In this document: piece after piece, positions 25,681 through 39,328 of the stretch | Layout of the letters: each line of letters opens with the position of its first letter | How positions within the stretch are numbered: the first letter of the stretch is position 1 | Origin: Octopus sinensis | Taxonomy: Eukaryota | Assembly: GCF_006345805.1 (NCBI RefSeq) | Contig: NC_043000.1 | Location: 139,438,001 to 139,502,000, forward strand | Direction: 5' to 3' | DNA length: 64,000 nucleotides | Translations under genes and position numbers: made by a program | Notes under the pieces: generated by a model | Database searches by the model: none | Told to the model about the DNA's origin: nothing | What the model saw: only the letters and a program-made list of their open reading frames with translations

Positions 25681-26090
25681 GGTGCAGGAGTGGCTGTGTG
25701 GTAAGTAGCTTGCTAACCAACCACATGGTTCCGGGTTCAGTCCCACTGCATGGCACCTTGGGCAAGTGTCTTCTGCTATAGCCTCGGGCCGACCAATGCC
25801 TTGTGAGTGGATTTGGTAGATGGAAACTGAAAGAAGCCTGTCGTATATATGTATATATATGTATATGTGTGTGTGTGCGTGTATGTTTGTCCCCCTAGCA
25901 ATGCTTGACAACCGATGCTGGTGTGTTTATGTCCCCATTACTTAGCGGTTTGGCAAAAGAGACCGATAGAATAAGTACTGGGCTTACAAAGAATAAGTCC
26001 TGGGGTCAAGTTGCTCGATTAAAGGCGGTGCTCCAGCTTGGCCGCAGTCAAATGACTGAAACAAGTAAAAGAGTAAAAAGAGTAAAAGAG
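25681..26090 (+). mobile_element. SINE family A inserted into the PLE ORF
   Basis: Full-length copy; PLE-like coding sequence resumes on both sides. Confidence 0.9.
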
Positions 26091-26658
26091 AGAGCGAATG
26101 TCCATTCCTGTGTTTATTTATTTCTCTGAGCATCTCTTCGTCGATGTTTAGGTAATTTTCCTCATTGTTTGAAGCTCTTAATTTTAATGGTTCAATTTCT
26201 GATTTAAAGTGGAATAGTGCTAGCTTTTCCCTAACTATCCTCTGTCCATCAGATTCATTTGGTATTATTTTTATTTGGAATTTGCATTGGAGAATCATCA
26301 GTGTTGTGTTTATCCAACGTTCATAGATTTCTGATTTGTTGGAATTTTTAAGCATATTCCAGAACGCAAGTTTTCTGTTATGAAAATTTGTGTTCCAGAT
26401 GTTATCTATTTTCTTTTTAATTAAATAGTTAAGTGATAGTATGGAGTGGGGTTCATTTAGTGCAGGTTGATGATTCATTAGCTAAAAGAATTTGATTAGT
26501 TGCATGACCTATTTAAAGAATGAACAAATGCCAAATATATTCATATCAATATCAATAAAGACAAAATTCAACAATTTATATAGTTTTATTTTCATTTTTA
26601 ATATATGTGGTTTTTATTTTTAAAACAAATAAATCTGTGTTTTTCATCTTATTTCTTC

Positions 26659-26830
<172 letters not shown>

Positions 26831-27163
26831 TGGCAATATTGAATGATAATGATGGCGACGATGATGATGATAATGATAATGAGGTCGAGGAGAATGAGGA
26901 GGATTAAAAATAAGGATTACTCCAAAGTAGCAATAGCATTACCTTATTCTTAATATTGTCAATATTTATACTCCAGGAAACCTTATACGGTTAAAAAAAT
27001 ATATCCATAATTATCCAACAGAATATTTCTATAATTTCTTATAAGAACTTTATTGGATTTATGTTAACTTTTGAATAACATATTTTGAATACCAAGCTGA
27101 GAGCAAACTGGTAATTACTTAGGAGTAATCTTTTACTTTTTACTAATATATATATATATATAT

Positions 27164-27442
27164 CATCATCATCATCATCATTATCATCATCGTTTAACGT
27201 CCGTTTTCCATGCTGGCATGGGTTGGACGGTTTGACCAGGGTCTGGGAAGCCAGGAGGCTGCACCAGGCTCCAGTCTTATCTGGCAGTGTTTCTACAGCT
27301 GGATTCCCTTCCTAACACCAACCACTCCGTGAGTGTAGTAGGTGCTTTTTATATGCCACCGGCACAGGTGCCAGGAGAGGCTGGCAATGGCCATGATCGG
27401 TAGGTGCTTTTTACGTGCCACCTGCATGGAATCCAGTCATAT
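27164..27442 (-). mobile_element. RTE-type 3'-end element (family C)
   Basis: (CAT)n tail and family motifs; 5'-truncated at ...CCAGTCATAT. Confidence 0.85.
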
Positions 27443-27474
<32 letters not shown>

Positions 27475-28230
27475 CACACGCACACACACACACCAGGCTT
27501 CTTTCAGCTCCCATCTACCAAATCCATACAGTTGCACTTAACCACAAAACTTACTTAAAAAAAAACTTATATATAAAATCTTATATATTGGGCTTTCATG
27601 CAGTTTCTACCAAATACTCTCACTTGGCAACAATTTTCCTGGAACTATTGTAGAAGACACTTACTCATGTTGCTCGGCTGTTAAACTGAAGTTGAAACCA
27701 CATGGTTGCAAAATGAATTCCTAAGATATGTCAACAAGTGGAGCACTTATCAAAACCAATACAAGGTCTATCATTTTAAATATGTCTATTCTAATAATTC
27801 ACTTCTCTATATAAATGCCAAAGCTTTTGTTATCCAGTCAATTTCCCAGCCTGTTTTTATATTCAGATTAGTCTTATATATATTAACATCACAAAGCTAA
27901 TAAATTATACACTTTATTATTATACAGTAATTCTTTTCAGTTCTAGGTCCATGCTTCACTGTCATGAAGCACCAGATTTCTTACCTCATATTTTTATCTA
28001 TTGGAGAAATTCCTTTGCTCTTATCAATACTACCCAATGGCAACCACATATAATAAAAATAAAAATAAAACTATAAAAATTGTCCAGTTTTGTCTTTATT
28101 GATATTAATATGAATATATTTGGCATTTGTTCATTCTTTAAATAGGTCATTCAACTAATCAAGTTCTTTTAGTTAAGTTTGACTTTAGTAAATTAAATGG
28201 AAGTTTTCATTATCAAAAATTTTGCTAGTA

Positions 28231-28660
28231 TGAGCTGGCAGAAGCGTTAGCACGCCGGGCGAAATGCTTAGCGGCATTTTGCCTGCCGTTTTGTTCTGAG
28301 TTCAAATTCCGCCGAGGTCGACTTTGCCTTTCATCCTTTCGGGGTCGATAAATCAAGTACCAGTTATGCACTGAGATCGATGCAATCGACTTAATACCTG
28401 TCTGTCCTTGTTTGTCTCCTATATGACTGGGTTCCATGCCAGTGGCACGTAAAAAGCACCTACCGATCATGGCCATTGCCAGCCTCTCCTGGCACCTGTG
28501 CCGGTGGCATGTAAAAAGCACCCACTACACTCACGGAGTGGTTGGCATTAGGAAGGGCATCCAGCTGTAGAAACACTGCCAGATAAGACTGGAGCCTGGT
28601 GCAACCTCCTGGCTTCCCAGACCCTGGTCAAACCCTTTGTGGGTAGTAAAGGAATAGATG
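28231..28660 (+). mobile_element. SINE family B interrupted near its 3' end
   Basis: Head and body at 28231-28420; the tail CCTTTGTGGGTAGTAAAGGAATAG resumes at ~28635. Confidence 0.8.
28421..28634 (+). repeat. inverted copy of 27229-27442 (tail-less family C segment)
   Basis: About 96% identical by eye to the reverse complement of 27229-27442, including private variants and the junction. Confidence 0.8.
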
Positions 28661-29739
28661 TTTGACACATAAGTACATGAATTATGAATCAAACCAGTCC
28701 ATCCCTTTATGTATCACTTTCTGTTTCTCTGTTTTCCTTCAGTTTCTATATATCTCTGTCTCCTCTCTCTCTCTCTCTTCCACCCTTACACACACAAACA
28801 TATGCACGTGTGTGTATTCCACCCCACTTGCAATACTTATACCAGTAGTCCCTAGCTCTCTTTAAAGAATTATATTAACCATCAAATATTTAGAGTACAT
28901 GACAGCTCCACTATTGTTTGTGACAATGTTCATCCATCCATAGGTACCAAGCCAAAAAATATAACTCACAATCAAGGTGCAGTCCCCAAACCATTCAGGT
29001 GAACAGCACCATAGAATTAGAGTTGGCATACTTTATGGTAGCTAATTTAAAGCAAATGTGAAACCTTGATGAAAATGTATATATCAAACTAAAGTTATTG
29101 AACAAACAAATGCAAGGTCATCCGCATATCATTTCATAATTCGAACATTTAATCATAGAATATACATATAAACATCCCGCAAGATGGAACATAATTCATC
29201 TGCACAAGCATATAATAATAATATGGTGCGAGAAAATTTTTTTTTTTTTTTCTCCCAGTTTAGAGTTAATACTTTAGCGATTCAGAAAAATACATTTTTA
29301 AAAAAAAACATTACAACACCTAGAAAGTAAAAATATAATATAAAGTAATATATAAAAATATATAGGTATATAAAAATATATAAAATATATATATATACAT
29401 ATAGGAGCATATAAAAAATATATAATATATATCATGTAAATAAAATAAAAGTTCATCGTTTAGCAATCTTATTAAATAATTATTCAAGTTAAAGAAGCCT
29501 TATAGTTAAAAAGAGAACCATATTTACTTAACCCTATGGCCATTTCAGGGGTGTATTATGTTTAAAGCACTAGGGTGCATCCAGATAATACGTCCTTTGT
29601 CAGGGGAAAAAATATATATATATACATAAAGATAGACATCATTGCGTACCAAGCCAGCACAATGTTGTTTGCTTTCCTATTGAGGCATTCATGCTCGGAT
29701 AGCCCAAAAGAAAAAAAGAAAAAAATGTATTTACACACA

Positions 29740-29770
<31 letters not shown>

Positions 29771-30508
29771 ATACATAAATACATATATAATGATGTAAGC
29801 TTTGCTTGGTTGAGAGGGCAAGAATTCTGAAAAACTCACTTGATCTAGAGAACTTTTTAAACTCCAGGAAATAAGTTTTCAATCAATGCCCTCATCTAAA
29901 ACGTTTCCTACTACAGACTTGGAGTTCTCCATTCATTGTAATGACTCACTGCATCTCCTTCGAATATCACCATGACAGAAGTCTATGTAAGCGGGATAAC
30001 CCTATCCTGCCTGCAGCACAGACAATTATTTTTTTTGTTTACAAAACCAACTGACTGTAACGTATTTCTTCCTCCAGTTGTAGAGAAGTTATGCACTTTC
30101 TCTACTATGGGTATTGAAAAATACTTTGTGTGTGAAACTGGTAGACAGAAATTATGTGTGGGGGGTGTGAGCATGAATTATTCATATGTACACATATGAG
30201 TTTGCATTTTCTCTTGTCTTCACATGTGTATGCATTGAATGTAAGTGAAAGCCTCACTGTTCACACAGGTGGTGACACTTGTTTGCAATCCACTCCAGAA
30301 AAAACTGAGTGGTCCATAGGGCAATAGACTTGCGAATATCAAGTCAAAAGTTGCCGTTATTAAGGACATCTGGCCATAGAAAACATTACGTCATTGAATT
30401 TTGCCAGATCTATTGAAACATGGAAAAGTAGATGTTAAAATAATGACAATGACAATTGCATCAATAATGATGATGATGGCAATTGATGAAGGCAATGATG
30501 ATGATGAG

Positions 30509-30539
<31 letters not shown>

Positions 30540-31822
30540 TTTACTAAGAATACTTGCAAAGAAACTTCTCACTTGAACTGCTAAAAATAGCATCAAAATC
30601 TCCCTCGCGCCATACCTTACTGTCTTTGAACATAAAGGACTCACTAGCTATCGAAATTCTAGATAGTGTAGTTATGAAAGCAATCTTTCAAATATGATGA
30701 ATTCAGTCGAAATTTCAGACCAATTCCTAGATCTGCTCTTTTAGGGCTGACCCGAGGTTAAACAGCAATAATAACATCGTGACATTTTGGAGTGATTTTT
30801 TATCACATTAGAGATGCTGCAGTGTTCTCTGAGGAAAATAGCTAAATGTTTTTTGCTTCATTTGTTAAACAGTTAGAAAAGACACTAAACAATTTTAAAA
30901 TTCGTATGTGGTTTACTAGTTAAAATTACTGAGATCAGTTTTTTTTGTTCTATATAAAGAAATATTGATAGAAAATAGGCCTCAGTCTATTGAGGAAAGG
31001 TAGACTATTGAGAAGAATCTTAGCCATTATGTCTTTATGTCTGATGTCTTAAGTTTTAAGTGAATGTCTCCCGCTCATTTAGCACTTCAGAATTCAGACA
31101 AAAGAACCATTCCTGTGAGACACTGTAACTTGTCGAAGTATCTACAAAAGAATTTGAGGTAGTAATTTATCAGGAAATTTTCGTATAACTTAAATGATTA
31201 ATGATACATTGTGAGATAAAGTGTGAACTATCAAACCAGATTAAGAAACATATTTCCAAAATTGATGATAGTGAGTGAACTTGTGTAGCATAATACTTAG
31301 TAGAAGCAGCAGAGAGAATGGTTTTATTCAATGAGATTATCAACATGTCATAACTCTGATGTCATGTGTTAGTATGTCACCAATGATTCGCTGGTTATTA
31401 AATGAATTGAATATGTTCAAACCAAATTAATATCTATGCAAGTTATTTTGCTTGTTTTGCTGACATTATAGTATAATTTGTGTTCTCAATGGGTTTTATA
31501 ATTTGGGTTCACTCTCAGTAATTGTACAGATGGGATTTTAGGGAATCAAATTTCAGTCTTTATTTTTATTTTTTGTTCATGGATATTGAAAGAAATAGTC
31601 CACATTAGTCTCTTTGTTTCCTACTGAATTACTAATTAGCTTATTTCTATCTAACTTGGCTTCCATTTCATTGGCCACAACACCAGGTATATTGAATGAG
31701 TTCATGCTGGCATGCATCCAGTGAGAAGAGCCAACTCCTTCTTGAAGTTTAATGGACAAATTGCACTCATTTCATATGAATAGCAAGTTGGAAAGTGAAA
31801 GAGAATTTGTGTTTTTCTGTAT

Positions 31823-32519
31823 AGACTAAAAACAAAGGCATAATCAAAGAAGAAACGTTATTATTTATCTACCTTATACCTATAACATCCATACTGTTGT
31901 ATTTTATTTTCCAAAGGGTTTATGTTTTTGGGATAAAGTGTGTTTAATTGATACAATGAATCCTCGAATATTCTGTTTTTCATTGAGCCCTAGGGAATTA
32001 AAAGTTCAGTTGACCTTGGCAGGATTTGAACCAAGAACATAGAATGTTAAGACATTTTAATCTGGTGTTTTATAATTGCTGTTAACTCATCACCTTTCAT
32101 GTAATCAACGGTAACAAGAATTCATAAAATAATTAACAGTAATCCAGCAAGAAAATAAAACAAATAGTATCAGACTAAAAACAAAGGCATAATCAAAGAA
32201 GAAACGTTATTATTTATCTACCTTATACCTATAACATCCATACTGTTGTATTTTATTTTCCAAAGGGTTTATGTTTTTGGGATAAAGTGTGTTTAATTGA
32301 TACAATGAATCCTCGAATATTCTGTTTTTCATTGAGCCCTAGGGAATTAAAAGTTCAGTTGACCTTGGCAGGATTTGAACCAAGAACATAGAATGTTAAG
32401 ACATTTTAATCTGGTGTTTTACAATTGCTGTTAACTCATCACCTTTCATGTAATCAACGGTAACAAGAATTCATAAAATAATTAACAGTAATCCAGCAAG
32501 AAAATAAAACAAATAGTAT
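31823..32519. repeat. near-perfect tandem duplication, period 349 bp
   Basis: 31823-32170 repeated at 32172-32519; one substitution seen (TTTATAATT vs TTTACAATT). Confidence 0.92.
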
Positions 32520-33292
32520 ATTAGCAGGATTACAAACTGCCAGCATGGATTAAGATAATGTAATTTTTATAATTAGAAGCAAAAGCTCTTTTAAGCTGCA
32601 ACAGAAAATGCAGATGATAAATATATACAAGTTGGTATTTGAAACCTAAATGCTTCTAGACCAGTTATGAGGCTGCTTGCTTACAGACCAAGCATTGATT
32701 GGGTGTATACCATCACTTGTTTGGTTTACTTAGATATGTTGAAGAATCAGATCATTTCTTTTTCTTTCCTTCTCTTTTTTCTTTAAGTAGTGGAAGCATT
32801 GTATAAGAGACAGAATTAAAGCTGCTAAAAAAACTTGTCATCAATAGTTTGTAACAGCATCTAATTGCTGCAACTACAGTGCTTTACAAAAGAAACATGA
32901 TGTTGGCCAATATTGCTTTAAAATCATGCTTCACTGAATTCAGCCATCAGAATCATAAATAAACATTTCGAATGCTGTTCTTGGAATCCTCTTTAAAAAA
33001 TTTTCAAGAGGCAATTCTAGATATTTCTGCCACTTGTTTGTTATGTGTTAGCATGAAAATATTCATTAATCTGTCATTACTTTTTCATCAAGATATGGCC
33101 ATTTTATAAAGATATACTTTGTAAATACATCTACATATTAAGATTAAAGACACAAAAAAGAAAATTAGTGTTCCAACTATTTGCAATGTTCCCATAATCT
33201 TACATGGATTATGGGGAATAGAATTTAAACTCAATGCTCACTATCATTATGCAAGACTTTCAAAGACATTTCTAGAGATAAATTATATTATA

Positions 33293-33700
33293 GGTGCAGA
33301 CATAGCTGTTCAGTGAAGATGCTTGCTTTGTAACCGTTTTGTTTCAGATTCAGTCCCACTGTGTGGCAACTTCAGCAAGTGCCTTCTGATACAGCCTCTG
33401 GCAAGCCAATGCCTTGCGAATGAATTTGGTAGATGAAAATTATGTGGAAGCCTGTCGTATGTGTGTCTGTCTTTTGGTTTGTGCTTGTACCCTTCCACTG
33501 CTTGAAACCAGTGATGGTTTGTTTATGTCCCCATAATTTAGGAGGAAAAGAGAGACCAAGAGAATATGTGCCTGGCTTAAAATGACTACTGGGTTAGGTT
33601 TGTTTGCCCAAATCCTTCAAGATAATGCCCTAACATGGCTGCAGTTCCTAGCTGCAATCCACTCAACTGGTAAAAGCAAATAACCCCATGACAGACTGGT
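33293..33700 (+). mobile_element. SINE family A, old diverged copy
   Basis: GGTGCAGACATAGCTG..GATTCAGTCCCACTGTGTGGCAACTTCAGCAAGTGCCTTCT..GAATTTGGTAGATGAAAA. Confidence 0.65.
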
Positions 33701-33764
33701 GTGCTGTCCAGAAGGGGAATATATATATATATAATCAAATGGAAATTGTAGTTGTGATACCTGC

Positions 33765-34020
33765 ACCGGTATCCGAACGTGGCTGATGCCAACGCCATCT
33801 TGACTGGCATCTGTGCCAGTGGCACATAAAAAGCACCAACTGATCATGGCCATTGCCAAGCTCCCCTAGTACTTGTGCCGGTGGCATGTAAAAAGTACCC
33901 ACTACACTGTAGAAACATTGCTAGATCAGACTGGAGCCTGGTGCAGCCTCCTGACTTCCCAGACCCTGGTCAAACCGTCCAACCCTTGCTAGCACGGAAA
34001 ACGGACGTTAAATGATGATA
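33765..34020 (+). mobile_element. RTE-type 3'-end element (family C) with internal deletion
   Basis: GGCACATAAAAAGCACC subrepeats; ...GGAAAACGGACGTTAAATGATGAT tail. Confidence 0.75.
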
Positions 34021-34849
34021 TGTATATATCACTGAATCTGAGAAGTAGGCTATATTAGCCGATGACTCTGGGAAAGACCTTTGACCCATTTCTTTTGTAA
34101 ACGTTTTTGTCCCTATTAGTAGTAGTTTGAGTAGCCATATTTGAGCCAATGAGGCTTGACTCATTGGCTCAAATAGGCTTTTATTTCTGCTCAGTGATTC
34201 AAGTGATTAAGTGGCTCAAATAGGCTTTTATTTCTGCTCAGTGATTCAAGTGATTTAAGTGGCATTTATTAATATTACAATAATAATGTTGCAATAAAAG
34301 TTAAGTCTACTAATTGTGTAAAACAACAAGAGTTAATTGATGTTGTAATTACAATAGCTAATCCCAGCTTCTTGATCACTCAGACATTGAGCCTCTGTCC
34401 CTTTTTCAAATTATAGTGGCTTAAGGGAAAAGTTGATATAACTGTGATACAATGACTTTGTTTTACACTTAAAACACCTTCTCAGATTAAATAACTCAAC
34501 AAACAGGTGTCACTTAGAAATCTCTATATTTAATCAGGAACTTAAGAAATTAAATTAGATTAATTTTAGAAATGTATAGCTTAATACCATCAGTAAATTA
34601 ATGGATGTCTACATTATCTTTTTAATGCCTTCCATTCATGTAGAAAGTATGTAATTCTAAGAAATTTAGTCATTATCAGGCATTTGTAAAATGTTATACA
34701 TATCTTCTAAGGAAAAATAGGAGATTTCTGTTTGTATTTATGGAATAATTTAGTGAGTGCTGGCAGCAGGAAAGGCATCCAACTATGAACAAATAACCTG
34801 TCTCAACAAATTCCACCTCACCCAGGCAAGCATAGAAATGGATGCATGT

Positions 34850-34862
34850 GAGGATGATGATG

Positions 34863-34896
<34 letters not shown>

Positions 34897-35058
34897 CGAC
34901 GACGATGACGACAACGACGATGACGACGACGACGACGACGAAGAAGAAGAAGAAGAAGGAGGAGGAGGAGGAGGAGGAGGAGGAGGAGAAGAAGAAGAAG
35001 AAGGAGGAGGAGGAGGAGGAGGAGGAGGAGAAGAAGAAGAAGAAGAAGAAGAAGAGTG
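34850..35058. repeat. compound (GAT)(GAC)(GAA)(GGA) trinucleotide tract
   Basis: Direct reading; follows a retroelement-like 3' end (GGAAAGGCATCCAAC...GCATAGAAATGGATG). Confidence 0.9.
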
Positions 35059-35385
35059 AAATGGGGGAAAGGAAGAAATGGTGATTACAAAAGGATAGAT
35101 GCGGAATATAGAAATATAAGGTAAAACTGCAACTTTGTTTTGTTTTCATTTCCTTTTGCAGTTTACTTTCTACCATCTCACATTGTTCCGACCTTACACA
35201 ACAATGTTCTTTAAAGTTATACCACATAATGCTTCATCAAAACTACCTCATACATACCTACCTACATACATACATGCATACACACACACACACACACACA
35301 CACAACACACACACAGACACACACACACAAACACATACACTCACACACAGAGATCTATAGATATACATACTTGTTTTATAAATAC

Positions 35386-35461
<76 letters not shown>

Positions 35462-35462
35462 G

Positions 35463-35497
<35 letters not shown>

Positions 35498-36751
35498 GTG
35501 TGTGTATGTATATATTTATATATATATATACATATATACATACATACATATACATATATGTTTGCACATACACACACACACACACAGTGGTATGCATGTG
35601 TGTTATGTTAATGCACAAATGCATTGACACATACACTCGAGTCTCAACATATATTCTAATTAGGCAAATGTTATCCTGTGTTCACAAATCAGATTATCAA
35701 ATATCATAATTAAGATAATCATTACAGTGTTTTAAATTCCAATTAAGCAAACCATTTCACATGGCTGAAGTGATTATATGCTTTAATTAGTGAAAAAGTA
35801 TAAAACGGTAAACAAAAATTATTTCTTTTAATTGACAGATACCTTATTACAGACACTAGCAAGCAGTGAATGGCATGTCCATGGTAGTGATGAAGACACT
35901 GATGAGAGTGATGGTAATTTCCATAACTGTTTGAATCATTGACAGACCAGCAGCAGCTTCCCTTTATATTGTGTGTCTAAGGTGAGTTAGGTCTGCACAT
36001 TTTAACTCAGTATTATAAAACAATTAGGATTTACAGTGTTATCCCTTGTTAATAGATGTCATCTCTTACTTCCTGTGACTGCTTATATGCTGAAGACCAA
36101 TAGTCTCTGAGATAGCAAAGGAGCCTCTCTAAGCAGCAAAGGAGACACTGAGATGTCATTGGACTTGCTAAAAATAGCAGAGCACTCTCGCTAAAATCAT
36201 ACTTCAATATCATGCAAAAAAGAAGGACTCAATGTCATGAAAAAAAATGGACCCATTGGATAATGTTGTACTGAAAACCAGATGTGGTGGTCATGTGGAA
36301 AATATATTTGTTTAAGTCTAACCTGGAATTAAAGAATTTACTTCTCTATAAGTCTTTTGGAACTATCCATTCTTGTCAATGACACAATGCTGTAGTCATG
36401 ATGGAATATGAACCTTCAACATTTGGTCATTTTGTTTGGTTGTGTTGAGCAAACTTTTAGTCCAGCCAGTCACATCACCTCAATGTATAAGTTTTGTTAG
36501 ATATATTGGTGGGATCTCTGAATATCAGTAGAAAATTTGTGTAACATGCTAATGACAGCAACACGATCCAAGGTCAGAAAGCATTAGCTAAAATACTAGA
36601 GCTAATTTGACTGTTGTCTTACATTTAAACCCTCAAAATAATGAAGGGCTAAGCTGATCCTGGTAGGACATGAACAACATAAACACAGTAAAGCATATTG
36701 TCCAATGCTCTAATGATGACAACAATAGTGATGATGATAATTGCTATAGAA

Positions 36752-37038
36752 CAGTGGTTCCCAAAGTGGGCAGTACCCATTGTTCCCATTGGCGGCAGTG
36801 GAAAGATCTAAGGGGCATTGAAGGAAAATGAGGCGATAATGGAGTGACCAAAATGAAGCAATGAATGTAAAAAAAGACCCCACAAAATAAAGGGTTAATT
36901 AGATTAAGTTTTACTCATGAAATACTGTTGTTTTGAATTTGCTGCAGAAAATGGTCTATGGTGAGTGGTGGGGCACAGCACGAGGAATGTGACCTTAGAA
37001 CCAAGGGGAAGCAGCCTGAAAAAGTTTGGGAACCATTG
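36752..37038. mobile_element. hAT-superfamily MITE, 287 bp
   Basis: TIRs CAGTGGTTCCCAAA / TTTGGGAACCATTG; 8-bp TSD CTATAGAA (36744-36751) and CTATAGAG (37039-37046). Confidence 0.85.
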
Positions 37039-37248
37039 CTATAGAGGATTGGTAAAGATGATTGAATCAACCCCAAAATACTACATGCGTTACTTATTTT
37101 ATAGGTCCTGGAGGAATGAGGCCTATAATTAAGCATGGCATATTAGAGCGAGCTGGCAAAAATGTTAGCACGCCGATATTTCCAGGTTCTAAAATTCATG
37201 GTAAGTGAAATATCATAAACAATGTATTTAGCTTGATAGTTTTAATGT

Positions 37249-37512
37249 CATCATCATTGTTTAATGTCCGCTTTCCATGCTAGCATGGGTTGGACGATTT
37301 GACTGAGGTCTGACGAACCAGATGGCTGCACCAGGCTTCAATTTGATCTGGCAGAGTTTCTACAGCTGGATGCCCTTTCTAACGCCAACCACTCCAAGAG
37401 TGTAGTGGGTACTTTTACATGCTACCGGCACGAGGGCTAGTCAGGCAGAACTGACAGTGGCCACGCTCAATGGTGCTTTTTATGTACCACCTGCACAGGA
37501 GCCAGTCCAAAT
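37249..37512 (-). mobile_element. RTE-type 3'-end element (family C)
   Basis: CATCATCAT..TTTAATGTCCGCTTTCCATGCTAGCATGGGTTGGACG..CTAACGCCAACCACTCC. Confidence 0.8.
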
Positions 37513-37959
37513 GTTTTTTCATGTGCCAGTAAGGCGATGTTGTATATATTTTTTTCTCTCTGCACATATTTTTTAAAAGTTCACTTTCTAATATTACTCC
37601 ATCGAAACTGTGTTGAGAAAACACAAACACTTAGAGTTTGCAAAAACATTTTAAAATCGAAGAAAAAGACATATAGAAAAAAAACAACAATGAAAAAATA
37701 TAGATTTGTATAGCAAAGGTGGGATAAGTAAATATTTGACTTATTATTAATATATTTTTCTACAATTTTGAGCTGAAATGATTTGCAATTAGATAACTTC
37801 CTGAAACCTATTTCCTGGCCCAGCCCACTTCAAGCAACATATTACAAAATGTACATCATTATTGGAAATTTCAAATAAAATCACAAGTAATTTACTAATT
37901 AATTCTTTAATTAGTAATATAGATCACACACTTTCTTTCTCTCTTTCTTGTTCCCTTTT

Positions 37960-38003
37960 ACTTATATGCATATGTGTGTGTTTGTGCATGTGTGTTCGTG
38001 CAT

Positions 38004-38050
<47 letters not shown>

Positions 38051-38203
38051 TGTGCGTGTGTCTGTGTGTGTGTCTGTGTGTGTTTGTGCATGTGTGTTCG
38101 TGCATGTGTGTGTGTGAGTGTGTGTGTGTGTGTGTCTGTGTGTGTGTCTGTGTGTGTCTGTGTGTCTGTGTGTCTGTGTGTGTCTGTGTGTGTGTCTGTG
38201 TGT

Positions 38204-38256
<53 letters not shown>

Positions 38257-38275
38257 TGTGTCTGTGTGTGTGTAC
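37960..38275. repeat. (TG)n/(TGTC)n compound microsatellite
   Basis: Direct reading. Confidence 0.95.
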
Positions 38276-38413
38276 ATGAAAAAGGATACTTGCAATATCC
38301 ACTTGGAAGTACAAACATCAATTTGCTAATAAATATCAATTTCCACCAATAATTATCTCTCTCTGTTTGTCTATATATGAGAATAAATACATATATGTAT
38401 ATATTTATGCATA

Positions 38414-38880
38414 CGAGGTGTTTCAAAAGGTATCTGACTTTATTTTATCCAACAAAATCTAATGTTGCATGGGGAAAATCCTTTGGGTAGAAGGTGGCAC
38501 CACCTTTCCTGCACATGCACAAAAATTTTCCATCAGTTGGACACATCAACACCCAGTTGTTAAACCTAAAGTACAGGCATGCTGTGCACATTCGGCAGAT
38601 TTTCATTTTCACCAAATGCCTTAAACAGAGATATTACATCAAATTTTTCCAAAAGCTTGGTGAGGCTCAAGGTCAAACCATTCAGAATATCCAGCAGGTC
38701 TTTGGTGGTGATGCCATGTGCACATTTCAGATCAAAGAGTGGTACAATTGCTTCGAGCATGGCTGCACCTTAGTGGACAGTGAGACAAGCTCAGGTGGGC
38801 TATTCACAAGCGGAAATGGAGAGTCACTTAAAAAGGTTCTGCAAATAGTCATGGAAAAACTGTTGAGAAGCAATCCAGGA
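38414..38880 (+). mobile_element. mariner transposon 5' fragment (TIR plus transposase HTH N-terminus)
   Basis: TA|CGAGGTGTTTCAAAAGG TIR-like start; QRYYIKFFQKLG..QVFGGDAM..QIKEWYNCFEHG..VDSETSSG resembles the mariner HTH. It breaks off at a SINE and no catalytic domain follows. Confidence 0.8.
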
Positions 38881-38888
38881 AATTACTG

Positions 38889-39129
38889 TCTCTTTTATTT
38901 GTTTCAGTCATTTGACTGCAGCCATGCTGGAGCACCACCTTTAGTCAAGTAAATCAACCCCAGGACTTATTCTTTGTAAGCCTAGTACTTATTCTATAGG
39001 TCTCTTTTGCTGAAGCGCTAAGTTTTGGGGACGTAAACACACCAGCATCGGTTGTCAAGCAATGTTGGGGGGGGGGCAAACACAGACACACAAACATATA
39101 CACACATACACACACACACACACACACAC

Positions 39130-39167
<38 letters not shown>

Positions 39168-39328
39168 CGATGGGCTTCTTTCAGTTTCCACCTACAAAAT
39201 CCAGTCACAAGGCTTTGGTCGGCCCGAGGCTATAGTAGAAGACACTTGCCCAAGGTGCCATGCAGTGGGACTGAACCCAGAACCATGTGGTTCGTAAGCA
39301 AGCTACTTACCACACAGCCACTCCTACG
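38889..39328 (-). mobile_element. SINE family A
   Basis: Full-length reverse-complement copy. Confidence 0.88.

Noticed and set aside
34694-38426. 100-177 aa ORFs rich in HT/CV/IY/EG
   Set aside because: Translations of microsatellites; the same applies to those at 16157-16623, 26576-26907 and 59353-62979.
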